64,000 nucleotides of DNA, from the NCBI RefSeq assembly GCF_044647545.1, contig NZ_CP172818.1, one strand, 5' to 3'. Below, piece by piece: positions 35,627-46,628 of this stretch. The notes beneath the pieces were generated by a model. That model had not been told where the DNA came from and did not search any database. It saw nothing but the letters and a program-made list of their open reading frames with translations. The stretch comes from Escherichia coli. GTDB lineage: Bacteria; Pseudomonadota; Gammaproteobacteria; Enterobacterales; Enterobacteriaceae. The first letter of the stretch is position 1. Every line of letters begins with the position of its first letter. The translations under genes and the position numbers were made by a program.

Positions 35627-37117
35627 ATGAAATTGCACCATAGAATGCTCCGGCATTTTATCGCCGCAAGTGTCATTGTGCTGACATCTTCCTTCCTTAT
35701 TTTTGAACTTGTCGCCAGTGACAGAGCAATGAGTGCCTATCTGCGCTATATCGTGCAGAGAGCAGACTCCTCCTTTCTTTATGATAAGTATCAGAATCAG
35801 AGTATTGCCGCGCATGTGATGCGCGCGCTCGCTGCTGAGCAGTCGGAAGTGTCGCCAGAACAGCGGCGCGCCATCTGCGAGGCTTTTGAGTCTGCCAATA
35901 ATACCCATGGCTTAAACCTGACTGCCCATAAATACCCTGGCTTACGCGGCACACTACAAACCGCATCCACTGACTGCGACACAATTGTGGAAGCTGCTGC
36001 ACTATTACCCGCTTTTGATCAGGCAGTGGAAGGCAACCGCCACCAGGATGATTACGGTTCAGGTCTTGGGATGGCCGAAGAGAAATTTCACTATTATCTC
36101 GATCTCAATGACCGCTATGTCTATTTTTATGAGCCGGTTAATGTTGAGTACTTTGCGATGAATAACTGGTCCTTCCTGCAGTCAGGAAGTATTGGCATCG
36201 ATCGCAAAGATATTGAAAAGGTATTTACCGGGCGTACCGTATTATCGAGCATTTACCAGGATCAGCGTACTAAACAGAACGTGATGAGTTTGCTGACGCC
36301 GGTATATGTCGCAGGGCAGCTAAAAGGGATTGTGCTGCTGGATATTAACAAAAACAATCTGCGGAATATCTTTTACACTCATGACCGCCCTCTCCTCTGG
36401 CGTTTTCTCAATGTCACGCTAACTGATACAGATTCGGGGCGCGACATTATCATCAACCAGAGCGAAGATAATCTGTTCCAGTATGTCAGTTACGTCCATG
36501 ACTTACCGGGCGGCATTCGTGTCTCGTTATCCATTGATATTCTTTACTTTATCACGTCTTCGTGGAAAAGCGTTCTGTTCTGGATTTTGACGGCGTTAAT
36601 TTTGCTGAATATGGTGCGGATGCACTTCCGTTTATACCAAAATGTGTCGCGAGAAAATATTAGTGATGCGATGACTGGACTCTATAATCGCAAAATTTTA
36701 ACCCCTGAACTGGAGCAGCGGTTGCAGAAGCTGGTGCAATCCGGTTCTTCGGTGATGTTTATTGCAATTGACATGGACAAGTTAAAGCAAATAAATGACA
36801 CCCTTGGTCATCAGGAGGGGGATTTAGCGATTACGTTATTAGCGCAGGCGATTAAACAGTCGATTCGTAAAAGTGATTATGCCATCCGACTCGGTGGCGA
36901 TGAATTCTGCATCATTCTTGTCGATTCGACACCGCAAATTGCAGCACAACTGCCTGAACGTATCGAAAAACGTCTGCAACATATCGCGCCGCAGAAAGAG
37001 ATCGGCTTCTCTTCCGGTATTTACGCGATGAAAGAAAACGATACGTTACATGATGCGTATAAAGCTTCCGATGAGCGTTTATATGTCAATAAGCAGAACA
37101 AAAACAGCCGTTCATGA
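35627..37117 (+). CDS. dgcJ: diguanylate cyclase with periplasmic sensor domain
   Basis: 496 aa from ATG with SD aggag; intact GGDEF motif (RLGGDEFCIIL). Confidence 0.9.
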   Translation: MKLHHRMLRHFIAASVIVLTSSFLIFELVASDRAMSAYLRYIVQRADSSFLYDKYQNQSIAAHVMRALAAEQSEVSPEQRRAICEAFESANNTHGLNLTAHKYPGLRGTLQTASTDCDTIVEAAALLPAFDQAVEGNRHQDDYGSGLGMAEEKFHYYLDLNDRYVYFYEPVNVEYFAMNNWSFLQSGSIGIDRKDIEKVFTGRTVLSSIYQDQRTKQNVMSLLTPVYVAGQLKGIVLLDINKNNLRNIFYTHDRPLLWRFLNVTLTDTDSGRDIIINQSEDNLFQYVSYVHDLPGGIRVSLSIDILYFITSSWKSVLFWILTALILLNMVRMHFRLYQNVSRENISDAMTGLYNRKILTPELEQRLQKLVQSGSSVMFIAIDMDKLKQINDTLGHQEGDLAITLLAQAIKQSIRKSDYAIRLGGDEFCIILVDSTPQIAAQLPERIEKRLQHIAPQKEIGFSSGIYAMKENDTLHDAYKASDERLYVNKQNKNSRS

Positions 37118-37159
37118 TAACCTTCTGTAGTTGTTTGCTTGTAATCTCAGGAGCATGAA

Positions 37160-37663
37160 ATGACTGAAATGGCTAAAGGAAGCGTGACGCATCAGCGGTT
37201 AATCGCTTTATTATCGCAAGAAGGTGCTAACTTCCGCGTCGTTACCCATGAAGCGGTAGGTAAATGTGAAGCGGTGTCAGAAATTCGTGGCACCGCTTTA
37301 GGCCAGGGGGCTAAGGCACTGGTATGTAAAGTCAAAGGCAATGGCGTAAATCAACATGTTCTGGCGATCCTCGCGGCCGATCAACAGGCCGATCTGAGCC
37401 AACTTGCCAGCCATATAGGCGGATTACGCGCTTCGTTGGCCAGCCCGGCGGAAGTCGATGAACTCACAGGCTGTGTCTTCGGCGCGATCCCCCCTTTCAG
37501 CTTCCATCCAAAACTCAAACTGGTTGCCGACCCCCTACTCTTCGAACGATTTGATGAAATCGCCTTCAATGCAGGCATGCTGGATAAATCCGTTATTTTG
37601 AAAACCGCGGATTATTTGCGCATTGCGCAACCAGAACTGGTCAATTTCCGCCGCACTGCGTAA
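37160..37663 (+). CDS. yeaK: YbaK/ProX-like aminoacyl-tRNA deacylase domain protein
   Basis: 167 aa; synteny. Confidence 0.85.
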   Translation: MTEMAKGSVTHQRLIALLSQEGANFRVVTHEAVGKCEAVSEIRGTALGQGAKALVCKVKGNGVNQHVLAILAADQQADLSQLASHIGGLRASLASPAEVDELTGCVFGAIPPFSFHPKLKLVADPLLFERFDEIAFNAGMLDKSVILKTADYLRIAQPELVNFRRTA

Positions 37664-37768
37664 CTAGCCTGTCCGTTCGATAAGAAGAACGGACAAAACC
37701 AGCACAACAGCAATGGCAAAAAACGATGACGTGATAATCAGTGTCTCGACGAACATTTGATCGTTCAT
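37664..37768 (-). CDS. yoaI: 34-aa small inner membrane protein
   Basis: Read by hand: [34 protein letters not shown]; below the ORF-track cutoff. Confidence 0.75.
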   Translation of the reverse strand: MNDQMFVETLIITSSFFAIAVVLVLSVLLIERTG

Positions 37769-37937
37769 AGTATGCCCCCGGGAGATAGCTGTTTTCACGT
37801 TATTGTTAACGTGCACAAATGGCAGTTTGATGACAGTTCGCCTGATTTTTTATGCAAAAAACGTAAAGATTTTCTACTTCCTTCCTGCAGCAAGCGTAAA
37901 GTAAGCAGGCTTATTATTCTTTGGCAAGGAAACCACG

Positions 37938-38384
37938 ATGTTTGATGTCACTTTGCTGATCCTGCTCGGGTTAGCTGCGCTGGGCTTTATCAGTCATAAC
38001 ACCACTGTCGCCGTTTCAATTCTGGTGTTAATCATTGTCCGCGTCACACCGTTAAGCACCTTTTTCCCGTGGATTGAAAAACAGGGGCTAAGTATCGGGA
38101 TAATCATTCTGACGATTGGTGTTATGGCTCCCATCGCCAGCGGGACGCTACCGCCCTCAACCCTGATTCACTCGTTTCTGAACTGGAAATCGCTGGTGGC
38201 AATTGCAGTCGGCGTTATTGTCTCCTGGCTGGGAGGGCGCGGCGTGACGTTAATGGGCAGCCAGCCGCAACTGGTCGCCGGGTTGCTGGTGGGCACTGTT
38301 TTAGGCGTGGCGCTGTTTCGCGGCGTACCGGTTGGCCCGCTTATTGCCGCGGGTCTGGTTTCGCTGATTGTGGGGAAACAGTAG
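37938..38384 (+). CDS. yeaL: DUF441 (UPF0756) inner membrane protein
   Basis: 148 aa; hydrophobic, multi-TM. Confidence 0.85.
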
Positions 38385-39162
38385 TTAATCCCGCAATATA
38401 TCGGCCTGGCGTTTGCCCCAGGCCTTTCTTAAACATAGTAATAAAGGCCGTTGTTGAATCATACCCCAGCGTATGAGCAACTTTCTGTACAGTATCGCCT
38501 TTCACTAATCCCTGAAGCGCCATAATCAGCTGTAACTGCTGACGCCACTGGCGAAAACTCAACCCCGTCTCTTTCACTATCAGCCGGGCAAGATTGCGTT
38601 CACTCATCGCAAAAAAGCGAGCCCATTGCCCCAATGACCCCCACTCGACGGGCTCTTTCGCCATCATCTCCACCATCGCGCGGATTTTAGGATGAGAAGA
38701 AACGGGTAGGTGCAGCTGTTGTTGTGGCTGCTGAGGGAGTTCATCAAACAGGACCTGAATTAATCTGCGGGTCATCGGCTCAGCACGCTGAGTCGTCGTC
38801 CTGTTTGCCAGGGTTAAAATTAATTCCCGGCATAAGGGCGATATTTTCAATGTGCAACAGGTTGTCGGCATTGTCACTGCGCTGGGTTCGATAAACAGAA
38901 AACAGAGTTCGGCGTTAGCTGTCACTTGATTGCTATGTTCCACCCCTCCCGGTATCCAAACCGCATATTGCGGCGGCACCATCCACAAAGCATTTTCCAC
39001 CGTACAGGTAATTGCACCATGTAGCGCCAGTATCAGCTGTCCTTTGCGGTGCTGATGTACAGGACTGGTTAACTCATCCGTTCCGGCGTGAATACAAAAT
39101 GCGACCGCGGCTTCATGGTGTCGGTCGGGTTCATAGCCATTGAGATTCAACCTGTGCATCAT
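38341..39162 (-). CDS. nimR: AraC-family transcriptional regulator (2-nitroimidazole resistance)
   Basis: 273 aa; cupin N-domain plus AraC HTH C-domain; divergent from nimT. Confidence 0.9.
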
Positions 39163-39258
39163 TTTGTCCGAATTTAGCGATAATTTGTCATTTTAGCTTG
39201 ATTCAACATAACACTAAAAACGGTAAGGTACAGCCTCGTTTGTAACAATGAGAAGCAT

Positions 39259-40440
39259 ATGACCTGTTCAACTTCATTAAGCGGCAAAAACAGGATTGTC
39301 CTTATCGCTGGTATTCTGATGATTGCCACAACATTACGCGTCACCTTTACCGGCGCAGCACCGTTACTGGATACGATTCGTTCCGCTTACTCGCTGACGA
39401 CGGCGCAAACCGGCTTATTGACCACCCTGCCATTATTAGCCTTTGCGCTAATCTCACCGCTGGCCGCCCCGGTGGCGCGACGTTTTGGTATGGAACGTAG
39501 CCTGTTTGCCGCGTTACTTTTGATCTGTGCAGGTATCGCAATTCGCTCTCTCCCTTCGCCTTACTTATTATTTGGCGGTACAGCGGTCATTGGCGGTGGG
39601 ATTGCATTAGGCAATGTCTTACTGCCAGGATTAATTAAACGCGATTTCCCTCATTCCGTCGCCAGACTTACCGGCGCATATTCCCTGACAATGGGAGCTG
39701 CGGCGGCACTGGGATCGGCTATGGTAGTGCCGCTGGCTTTGAACGGTTTTGGCTGGCGAGGCGCGTTGCTCATGCTGATGTGTTTTCCTCTGCTGGCTCT
39801 TTTTTTATGGCTGCCACAGTGGCGAAGCCAACAACATGCAAATTTGAGTACTTCACGCGCCTTACATACTCGGGGTATCTGGCGTTCGCCGCTTGCCTGG
39901 CAGGTAACATTGTTTCTTGGGATCAACTCACTGGTCTATTACGTGATTATTGGCTGGCTTCCGGCGATCCTCATCAGTCACGGCTATAGCGAAGCACAGG
40001 CGGGTTCACTGCATGGTTTGCTGCAACTAGCCACAGCAGCTCCCGGTTTGCTGATCCCACTTTTCTTACACCATGTGAAAGATCAGCGTGGTATTGCAGC
40101 GTTCGTTGCCTTGATGTGCGCAGTGGGCGCGGTTGGGCTCTGCTTTATGCCAGCGCACGCGATCACCTGGACTCTGCTTTTCGGCTTTGGTTCCGGCGCA
40201 ACAATGATACTGGGGTTGACGTTCATTGGTCTGCGGGCAAGTTCTGCGCATCAGGCGGCGGCACTCTCGGGGATGGCACAATCCGTCGGGTATTTGCTGG
40301 CAGCCTGTGGGCCGCCGCTGATGGGTAAAATACACGATGCTAACGGTGACTGGTCCGTACCACTGATGGGTGTTGCAATACTTTCACTACTGATGGCGAT
40401 TTTCGGACTTTGCGCCGGGAGAGACAAAGAAATTCGCTAA
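39259..40440 (+). CDS. nimT: MFS efflux transporter
   Basis: 393 aa; 12-TM MFS. Confidence 0.9.
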   Translation: MTCSTSLSGKNRIVLIAGILMIATTLRVTFTGAAPLLDTIRSAYSLTTAQTGLLTTLPLLAFALISPLAAPVARRFGMERSLFAALLLICAGIAIRSLPSPYLLFGGTAVIGGGIALGNVLLPGLIKRDFPHSVARLTGAYSLTMGAAAALGSAMVVPLALNGFGWRGALLMLMCFPLLALFLWLPQWRSQQHANLSTSRALHTRGIWRSPLAWQVTLFLGINSLVYYVIIGWLPAILISHGYSEAQAGSLHGLLQLATAAPGLLIPLFLHHVKDQRGIAAFVALMCAVGAVGLCFMPAHAITWTLLFGFGSGATMILGLTFIGLRASSAHQAAALSGMAQSVGYLLAACGPPLMGKIHDANGDWSVPLMGVAILSLLMAIFGLCAGRDKEIR

Positions 40441-40494
40441 TATCCGGTGCTATAGTGACGTGACAAATCATGCGTGAAAGGGAGAACAAACACG

Positions 40495-40842
40495 ATGAAT
40501 ATTCAGTGCAAACGCGTTTATGATCCGGCTGAACAGAGCGATGGTTATCGCGTACTGGTCGACCGCCTCTGGCCGCGCGGTATCAAAAAAACCGATTTAG
40601 CCCTTGATGAGTGGGATAAAGAAATCACGCCGTCAACGGAACTGCGCAAAGCCTTTCACGGCGAAGTCGTCGATTTTGCAACCTTTCGCGAGCAATATCT
40701 TGCAGAACTGGCGCAACACGAGCAAGAAGGAAAGCGGCTGGCGAACATCGCCAAAAAACAGCCGCTGACCCTGCTCTACTCAGCAAAAAACACCACGCAG
40801 AACCATGCGCTGGTGCTGGCAGACTGGCTACGTAGCTTGTGA
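40495..40842 (+). CDS. yeaO: DUF488 protein
   Basis: 115 aa from MNIQCKRVYDP. Confidence 0.85.
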   Translation: MNIQCKRVYDPAEQSDGYRVLVDRLWPRGIKKTDLALDEWDKEITPSTELRKAFHGEVVDFATFREQYLAELAQHEQEGKRLANIAKKQPLTLLYSAKNTTQNHALVLADWLRSL

Positions 40843-40863
40843 TTTTAGTACGCCATCCGGCGG

Positions 40864-41118
40864 TTATTTTTCACCAGCCGGATGGTCCCGTCGCCACAAT
40901 GCCCATTCATCAATCGTTTCACCGCCCGGTAATTTGCAATTGTTGCTGACCCCTTGCGCTGTCTGCACTGGAATGAGCGTCCCGCCCTTCTGCTGGCAAT
41001 AGACCGACGCCGGATTTGCCATACCAATCTGTGGCGGTTTAGGTGCTTCTGGCTGAGAAGGGGTTGAACAACCAGCCAGGACCAGCAAGCAAGGCAGAAC
41101 AAAACTGATAATTTTCAT
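40864..41118 (-). CDS. yoaF: DUF333 lipoprotein
   Basis: 84 aa; lipobox LAGC. Confidence 0.85.
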   Translation of the reverse strand: MKIISFVLPCLLVLAGCSTPSQPEAPKPPQIGMANPASVYCQQKGGTLIPVQTAQGVSNNCKLPGGETIDEWALWRRDHPAGEK

Positions 41119-41300
41119 TTATTGATCTCACATATTTATCCAGACTTAGAGTATCGCGGTATCGTTTTGTTTTGCAGCACTATTTTTATTACATTCACTC
41201 AAAACATATTACGCCTTGTTTCATCTTTGTTGATGATGTTTTATCATGCCTGCAAAGATTAAATAATCAGCATTTACCCGCCGTATCCTGGAGTTGTTTC

Positions 41301-42326
41301 GTGTCAGATCAGATTATCGCCCGCGTCTCGCAATCCCTTGCCAAAGAACAGTCACTGGAAAGTCTGGTTCGACAGCTTCTGGAGATGCTGGAAATGGTCA
41401 CTGATATGGAATCAACCTACCTGACCAAAGTGGATGTCGAAGCGCGCCTGCAGCATATAATGTTTGCCCGTAACAGCCAGAAAATGCACATCCCGGAGAA
41501 TTTTACCGTCTCGTGGGATTACTCGTTATGCAAACGCGCCATTGATGAAAACTGCTTTTTCAGCGATGAAGTCCCCGACCGTTGGGGCGACTGTATTGCG
41601 GCACGCAATCTTGGCATCACCACATTTCTGAGCACGCCAATTCACTTACCGGATGGATCATTCTATGGCACGCTTTGCGCCGCCAGCAGTGAGAAGCGCC
41701 AGTGGAGTGAACGCGCGGAACAGGTTTTGCAGTTATTCGCCGGACTGATTGCACAATATATTCAAAAAGAGGCGCTGGTAGAACAGCTGCGCGAAGCCAA
41801 TGCCGCACTGATAGCGCAATCGTATACCGACTCGTTAACCGGGCTACCGAATCGGCGGGCGATTTTTGAAAATCTGACGACGCTGTTTTCTCTCGCCCGG
41901 CATCTTAACCATAAGATAATGATCGCGTTTATCGACCTGGATAACTTCAAATTAATCAACGATCGTTTTGGTCATAATAGTGGCGATCTGTTTCTCATTC
42001 AGGTTGGCGAGCGCCTTAATACGCTCCAGCAAAATGGCGAAGTTATTGGTCGTCTCGGCGGTGATGAGTTTTTGGTTGTTTCACTGAACAACGAGAATAC
42101 GGATATTTCGTCGCTGCGAGAACGTATTCAACAGCAAATACGTGGAGAATATCACTTAGGTGATGTTGATTTGTATTATCCCGGTGCCAGTCTTGGCATA
42201 GTAGAAGTCGATCCTGAAACGACCGATGCAGACAGTGCCCTGCATGCTGCCGATATCGCGATGTATCAGGAGAAAAAACACAAACAGAAAACACCTTTTG
42301 TCGCGCATCCAGCGCTACATTCCTGA
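41301..42326 (+). CDS. dgcP: GAF-domain diguanylate cyclase
   Basis: 341 aa from GTG (VSDQIIARV); intact GGDEF motif (RLGGDEFLVV). Confidence 0.85.
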   Translation: MSDQIIARVSQSLAKEQSLESLVRQLLEMLEMVTDMESTYLTKVDVEARLQHIMFARNSQKMHIPENFTVSWDYSLCKRAIDENCFFSDEVPDRWGDCIAARNLGITTFLSTPIHLPDGSFYGTLCAASSEKRQWSERAEQVLQLFAGLIAQYIQKEALVEQLREANAALIAQSYTDSLTGLPNRRAIFENLTTLFSLARHLNHKIMIAFIDLDNFKLINDRFGHNSGDLFLIQVGERLNTLQQNGEVIGRLGGDEFLVVSLNNENTDISSLRERIQQQIRGEYHLGDVDLYYPGASLGIVEVDPETTDADSALHAADIAMYQEKKHKQKTPFVAHPALHS

Positions 42327-42358
42327 GGCGTATTCACATCCTTTTGATTGGTGATAAC

Positions 42359-42457
42359 ATGCGAATCGGTATTATTTTTCCGGTTGTAATCTTTATTACA
42401 GCGGTCGTATTTTTAGCATGGTTTTTTATTGGCGGCTATGCTGCCCCGGGAGCATAA
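42359..42457 (+). CDS. yoaK: 32-aa small membrane protein
   Basis: Read by hand: MRIGIIFPVVIFITAVVFLAWFFIGGYAAPGA. Confidence 0.7.
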   Translation: MRIGIIFPVVIFITAVVFLAWFFIGGYAAPGA

Positions 42458-42459
42458 AG

Positions 42460-42534
42460 ATGAAAAAAACAACGATTATTATGATGGGTGTGGCGATTAT
42501 TGTCGTACTCGGCACTGAGCTGGGATGGTGGTAA
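42460..42534 (+). CDS. yoaJ: 24-aa small membrane protein
   Basis: Read by hand: MKKTTIIMMGVAIIVVLGTELGWW; starts 2 nt after yoaK stop. Confidence 0.7.
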   Translation: MKKTTIIMMGVAIIVVLGTELGWW

Positions 42535-42592
42535 CGTCACATCTAGAAAATAGCAAAGGCTGCCTGTGTGCAGCCTTTGTGCAATTTACGCG

Positions 42593-42841
42593 TTAACTTT
42601 TAATCTTTCTGTAGATAAACAGCACGACAATCGCGCCAATAACGGCAACCACGAAGCTGCCAAAATTGAAGCCATCGACTTTACCAAAGCCAAACAGCGT
42701 GCTGATCCATCCGCCGACTACGGCACCGACTATCCCCAGCAGGATAGTCATAAAGAATCCACCACCATCTTTACCTGGCATGATCCACTTCGCCAGAATA
42801 CCGGCAATAAGCCCAAAAATAATCCATGACAGAATGCCCAT
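42593..42841 (-). CDS. yeaQ: GlsB/YeaQ/YmgE-family small membrane protein
   Basis: 82 aa; Gly-rich transmembrane segments. Confidence 0.85.
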   Translation of the reverse strand: MGILSWIIFGLIAGILAKWIMPGKDGGGFFMTILLGIVGAVVGGWISTLFGFGKVDGFNFGSFVVAVIGAIVVLFIYRKIKS

Positions 42842-42988
42842 TGTTTCCTCACTTATCTGTTTTGCATTAGCGGGTTAGTCGCTGATAAAAAGCATAGCAC
42901 AACATCGGGAGGGCAAGATTTGTGACGAGCATCACGGAGGAATTTTTTGCGATGGCGCAGAAATTGCGCCATCAACGATCAGTGATAA

Positions 42989-43171
42989 TTACCAACCACA
43001 AACATCATGTTCGTTTTCCGTGTCATAAGAACGCACGGTATTCACCAGATCTTTTATCACTTCAGCCGCCACTTCTGGTACCAGCAAAGTCATCGGCGTC
43101 TCTGTTTCATAATCGACAGAAACGCCATTGCTGTTATTGGTGACGGTCACGGTATACGTTGCTTTGCCCAT
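42989..43171 (-). CDS. yoaG: DUF1869 small protein
   Basis: 60 aa; immediately downstream of yeaR (4 nt gap). Confidence 0.8.
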   Translation of the reverse strand: MGKATYTVTVTNNSNGVSVDYETETPMTLLVPEVAAEVIKDLVNTVRSYDTENEHDVCGW

Positions 43172-43174
43172 GAT

Positions 43175-43534
43175 TCATTTCCCGTTATGAATGACTTTCC
43201 GTTGTTGCGCGCCTTCCATCAGGACTTCAGGAGCAACGAAGAAGTCAATGTTGAAATAAGTGTCGTCAGTCATGGCTTCAATGTTGTGCCACTTTTCTGG
43301 AGGGAACACCGCAAACTGCCCCGCTTCGATAAGGATCACTTGATCAGGCTCTGCACTGTGTTCATCAGCGTAGCCGAGATATTTGACCGCCCCATGCATA
43401 ACGGAAAGGCGTGGGTAAACCCCCGGGCGCGTTCCTTTATCAAGATGACGTTCGAATATTCCGGCAGGCGCAGTTTGTTTATTCCAGAAAGGCGTTGAGC
43501 GCGTATGAATATAATTCTGTGGGATTTGCAGCAT
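43175..43534 (-). CDS. yeaR: DUF1971 (tellurite-resistance-related) protein
   Basis: 119 aa; synteny. Confidence 0.85.
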   Translation of the reverse strand: MLQIPQNYIHTRSTPFWNKQTAPAGIFERHLDKGTRPGVYPRLSVMHGAVKYLGYADEHSAEPDQVILIEAGQFAVFPPEKWHNIEAMTDDTYFNIDFFVAPEVLMEGAQQRKVIHNGK

Positions 43535-43600
43535 CCTTTTCCCTCCTTCGGTGAATGCGCTGAAAACGGTTTATTCCAGCCGTTTCAGGGTACGCCTGAT

Positions 43601-43623
43601 AATTTGCATTTTAAATACCATTT
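43601..43623 (-). promoter_or_regulatory. candidate NsrR-type operator upstream of yeaR-yoaG
   Basis: aatttgcattttaaataccattt, an AT-rich imperfect palindrome resembling the NsrR consensus (recalled). Confidence 0.35.
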
Positions 43624-43706
43624 ATTGGTTACTTTTTAGCACCGTATCAGAGAAGAATCAGGGAGGATTACAGATGGGAAGCCCGCGACAACGCGGGCTG
43701 AAAGCA

Positions 43707-44414
<708 letters not shown>

Positions 44415-44471
44415 TTAGAAAGGAGAAAATCAGGTTTTAACCCGATATCAACGCGATAATTGAATCATTAA

Positions 44472-45395
44472 TCAGGCATGCTCCAGTGAAAAATTCGGGT
44501 AGTGCTCGGCAAAATACTGGCGTAAAAATTCTACCGTTATCCGCACTTTCGCTGACGTCGCCAGCCTTGAAACATAAACGGCCCAGACGTTCGCTGGCTG
44601 GTAATATTCCGGTAGCACTTGCACTAAATGACCACTGGCAATGTTTTCGCTAACATCCCACCAGGAGCGCAGAGCAATCCCCTGCCCATCGAGACACCAC
44701 TGATGGACAATTTCTCCATGATTAGACGACAGTGGGCCGGTAACTTTAATCGCATGGTGGCCTTCTTTATTGCGTAATTGCCAGACACCAAAAGGATGAT
44801 CGCGCTCTTTAATGACCAGGCACGGCAATGCAGAAAGATCGGTTAAATGTTTCGGCGCGCCATGTTGCGCAATAAATTCCGGTGACGCGCAGAGAATGCG
44901 ATAATTGGTCGCCAGTTTGCGGGCGATTAAATTAGGGGCGATATCATCGCCAATGCGAATATCGAGATCGACACCTTCATTGACCAAATCGACCAACCGG
45001 TCTTCCACATCAAAACGTAATTCCAGTTGCGGATACGCCTTCGCCAGCGCTGATAACGCCGGAGCCACCACCTGTCGTCCAAAACCAAAGCTGCTGATAA
45101 TACGCAGCATCCCCTGTGGCACCTGACGCACGTCAGAAAGTTCGTCCATCATCTGACCGACATCCTGCAAAATCCGCTGCGCCCATTCATAAATCCGCTC
45201 TCCTTCTTCGGTAATGGTGACGCGGCGGGTGGTGCGGTGTAACAACACCACGTTTAGCGTTTGCTCCAGCAAGGCGATGCGCTTGCTGACGAACGCCGGA
45301 GAAACGCCCAATTCTTCTGCCACGGCGGCAAAACCAGCCCGGCGAGCCACCAGCATAAAGACGCGCAAATCGTTCAGCAGCGGTAAATTATTCAT
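44472..45395 (-). CDS. dmlR: LysR-family transcriptional regulator of D-malate degradation
   Basis: 307 aa; N-terminal LysR HTH; divergent from dmlA. Confidence 0.9.
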   Translation of the reverse strand: MNNLPLLNDLRVFMLVARRAGFAAVAEELGVSPAFVSKRIALLEQTLNVVLLHRTTRRVTITEEGERIYEWAQRILQDVGQMMDELSDVRQVPQGMLRIISSFGFGRQVVAPALSALAKAYPQLELRFDVEDRLVDLVNEGVDLDIRIGDDIAPNLIARKLATNYRILCASPEFIAQHGAPKHLTDLSALPCLVIKERDHPFGVWQLRNKEGHHAIKVTGPLSSNHGEIVHQWCLDGQGIALRSWWDVSENIASGHLVQVLPEYYQPANVWAVYVSRLATSAKVRITVEFLRQYFAEHYPNFSLEHA

Positions 45396-45497
45396 GATTC
45401 GTGTTTTATGTTTCACCAGTTACAGGGATTAATTCCTTTTCAGTCAATTATAGGATGGTGATGTTGTCAATTTTGATGGTCAGGAAGTGAGAACCCA

Positions 45498-46583
45498 ATG
45501 ATGAAAACGATCCGTATTGCTGCGATCCCGGGAGACGGGATTGGCAAAGAAGTCCTTCCTGAAGGGATTCGCGTGTTAAAGGCTGCCGCTGAGCGCTGGG
45601 GCTTCGCCTTGAGTTTTGAGCAAATGGAGTGGGCGAGCTGCGAGTATTACAGCCATCACGGTAAAATGATGCCGGACGACTGGCATGAGCAACTTAGCCG
45701 TTTCGACGCCATCTATTTTGGTGCCGTCGGCTGGCCGGATACCGTTCCGGACCATATTTCGTTGTGGGGTTCGCTGCTGAAATTTCGTCGTGAGTTCGAC
45801 CAGTACGTCAACCTGCGCCCGGTTCGTCTCTTTCCTGGCGTTCCCTGCCCGCTGGCGGGAAAACAGCCTGGCGACATCGATTTTTACGTGGTCAGGGAAA
45901 ACACCGAAGGCGAATATTCCTCGCTCGGCGGTAGAGTGAATGAAGGTACAGAGCATGAAGTCGTCATTCAGGAATCGGTATTTACGCGTCGTGGTGTCGA
46001 TCGCATTTTGCGTTATGCCTTTGAACTTGCACAAAGCCGCCCACGTAAGACGCTAACTTCTGCCACTAAATCGAACGGTTTAGCCATCAGCATGCCGTAC
46101 TGGGATGAGCGAGTGGAAGCAATGGCCGAGAATTACCCGGAGATCTGCTGGGACAAGCAGCATATTGATATTCTCTGCGCGCGTTTTGTGATGCAGCCGG
46201 AACGCTTCGATGTGGTGGTGGCGTCCAATTTGTTTGGCGATATCCTTTCCGATCTTGGCCCGGCCTGCACCGGTACCATTGGCATTGCCCCATCCGCCAA
46301 CCTGAATCCGGAACGCACTTTCCCGTCGCTCTTCGAGCCTGTCCACGGTTCCGCGCCGGATATCTACGGGAAAAATATTGCTAACCCTATCGCCACAATT
46401 TGGGCCGGTGCAATGATGCTCGATTTTCTCGGCAATGGCGATGAGCGTTTCCAACAAGCGCATAACGGTATTCTGGCCGCGATTGAAGAAGTGATTACTC
46501 ACGGGCCGAAAACACCTGATATGAAAGGCAATGCCACCACGCCACAGGTTGCCGACGCGATTTGCAAAATTATTTTGCGTTAA
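45498..46583 (+). CDS. dmlA: D-malate / tartrate dehydrogenase (decarboxylating)
   Basis: 361 aa; isocitrate/isopropylmalate dehydrogenase family. Confidence 0.95.
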   Translation: MMKTIRIAAIPGDGIGKEVLPEGIRVLKAAAERWGFALSFEQMEWASCEYYSHHGKMMPDDWHEQLSRFDAIYFGAVGWPDTVPDHISLWGSLLKFRREFDQYVNLRPVRLFPGVPCPLAGKQPGDIDFYVVRENTEGEYSSLGGRVNEGTEHEVVIQESVFTRRGVDRILRYAFELAQSRPRKTLTSATKSNGLAISMPYWDERVEAMAENYPEICWDKQHIDILCARFVMQPERFDVVVASNLFGDILSDLGPACTGTIGIAPSANLNPERTFPSLFEPVHGSAPDIYGKNIANPIATIWAGAMMLDFLGNGDERFQQAHNGILAAIEEVITHGPKTPDMKGNATTPQVADAICKIILR

Positions 46584-46602
46584 GGTCAAACCAGTTTATT
46601 TG

Positions 46603-46628
46603 AACCGCGTCACTGACGCGGTTTTTTT
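46603..46628 (+). terminator. rho-independent terminator of dmlA
   Basis: aaccgcgt-cactg-acgcggtt followed by T7. Confidence 0.85.

Noticed and set aside
37757-37945. 62-aa plus-strand ORF upstream of yeaL
   Set aside because: Overlaps the yoaI start and the yeaL upstream region; no homology features; probably spurious.
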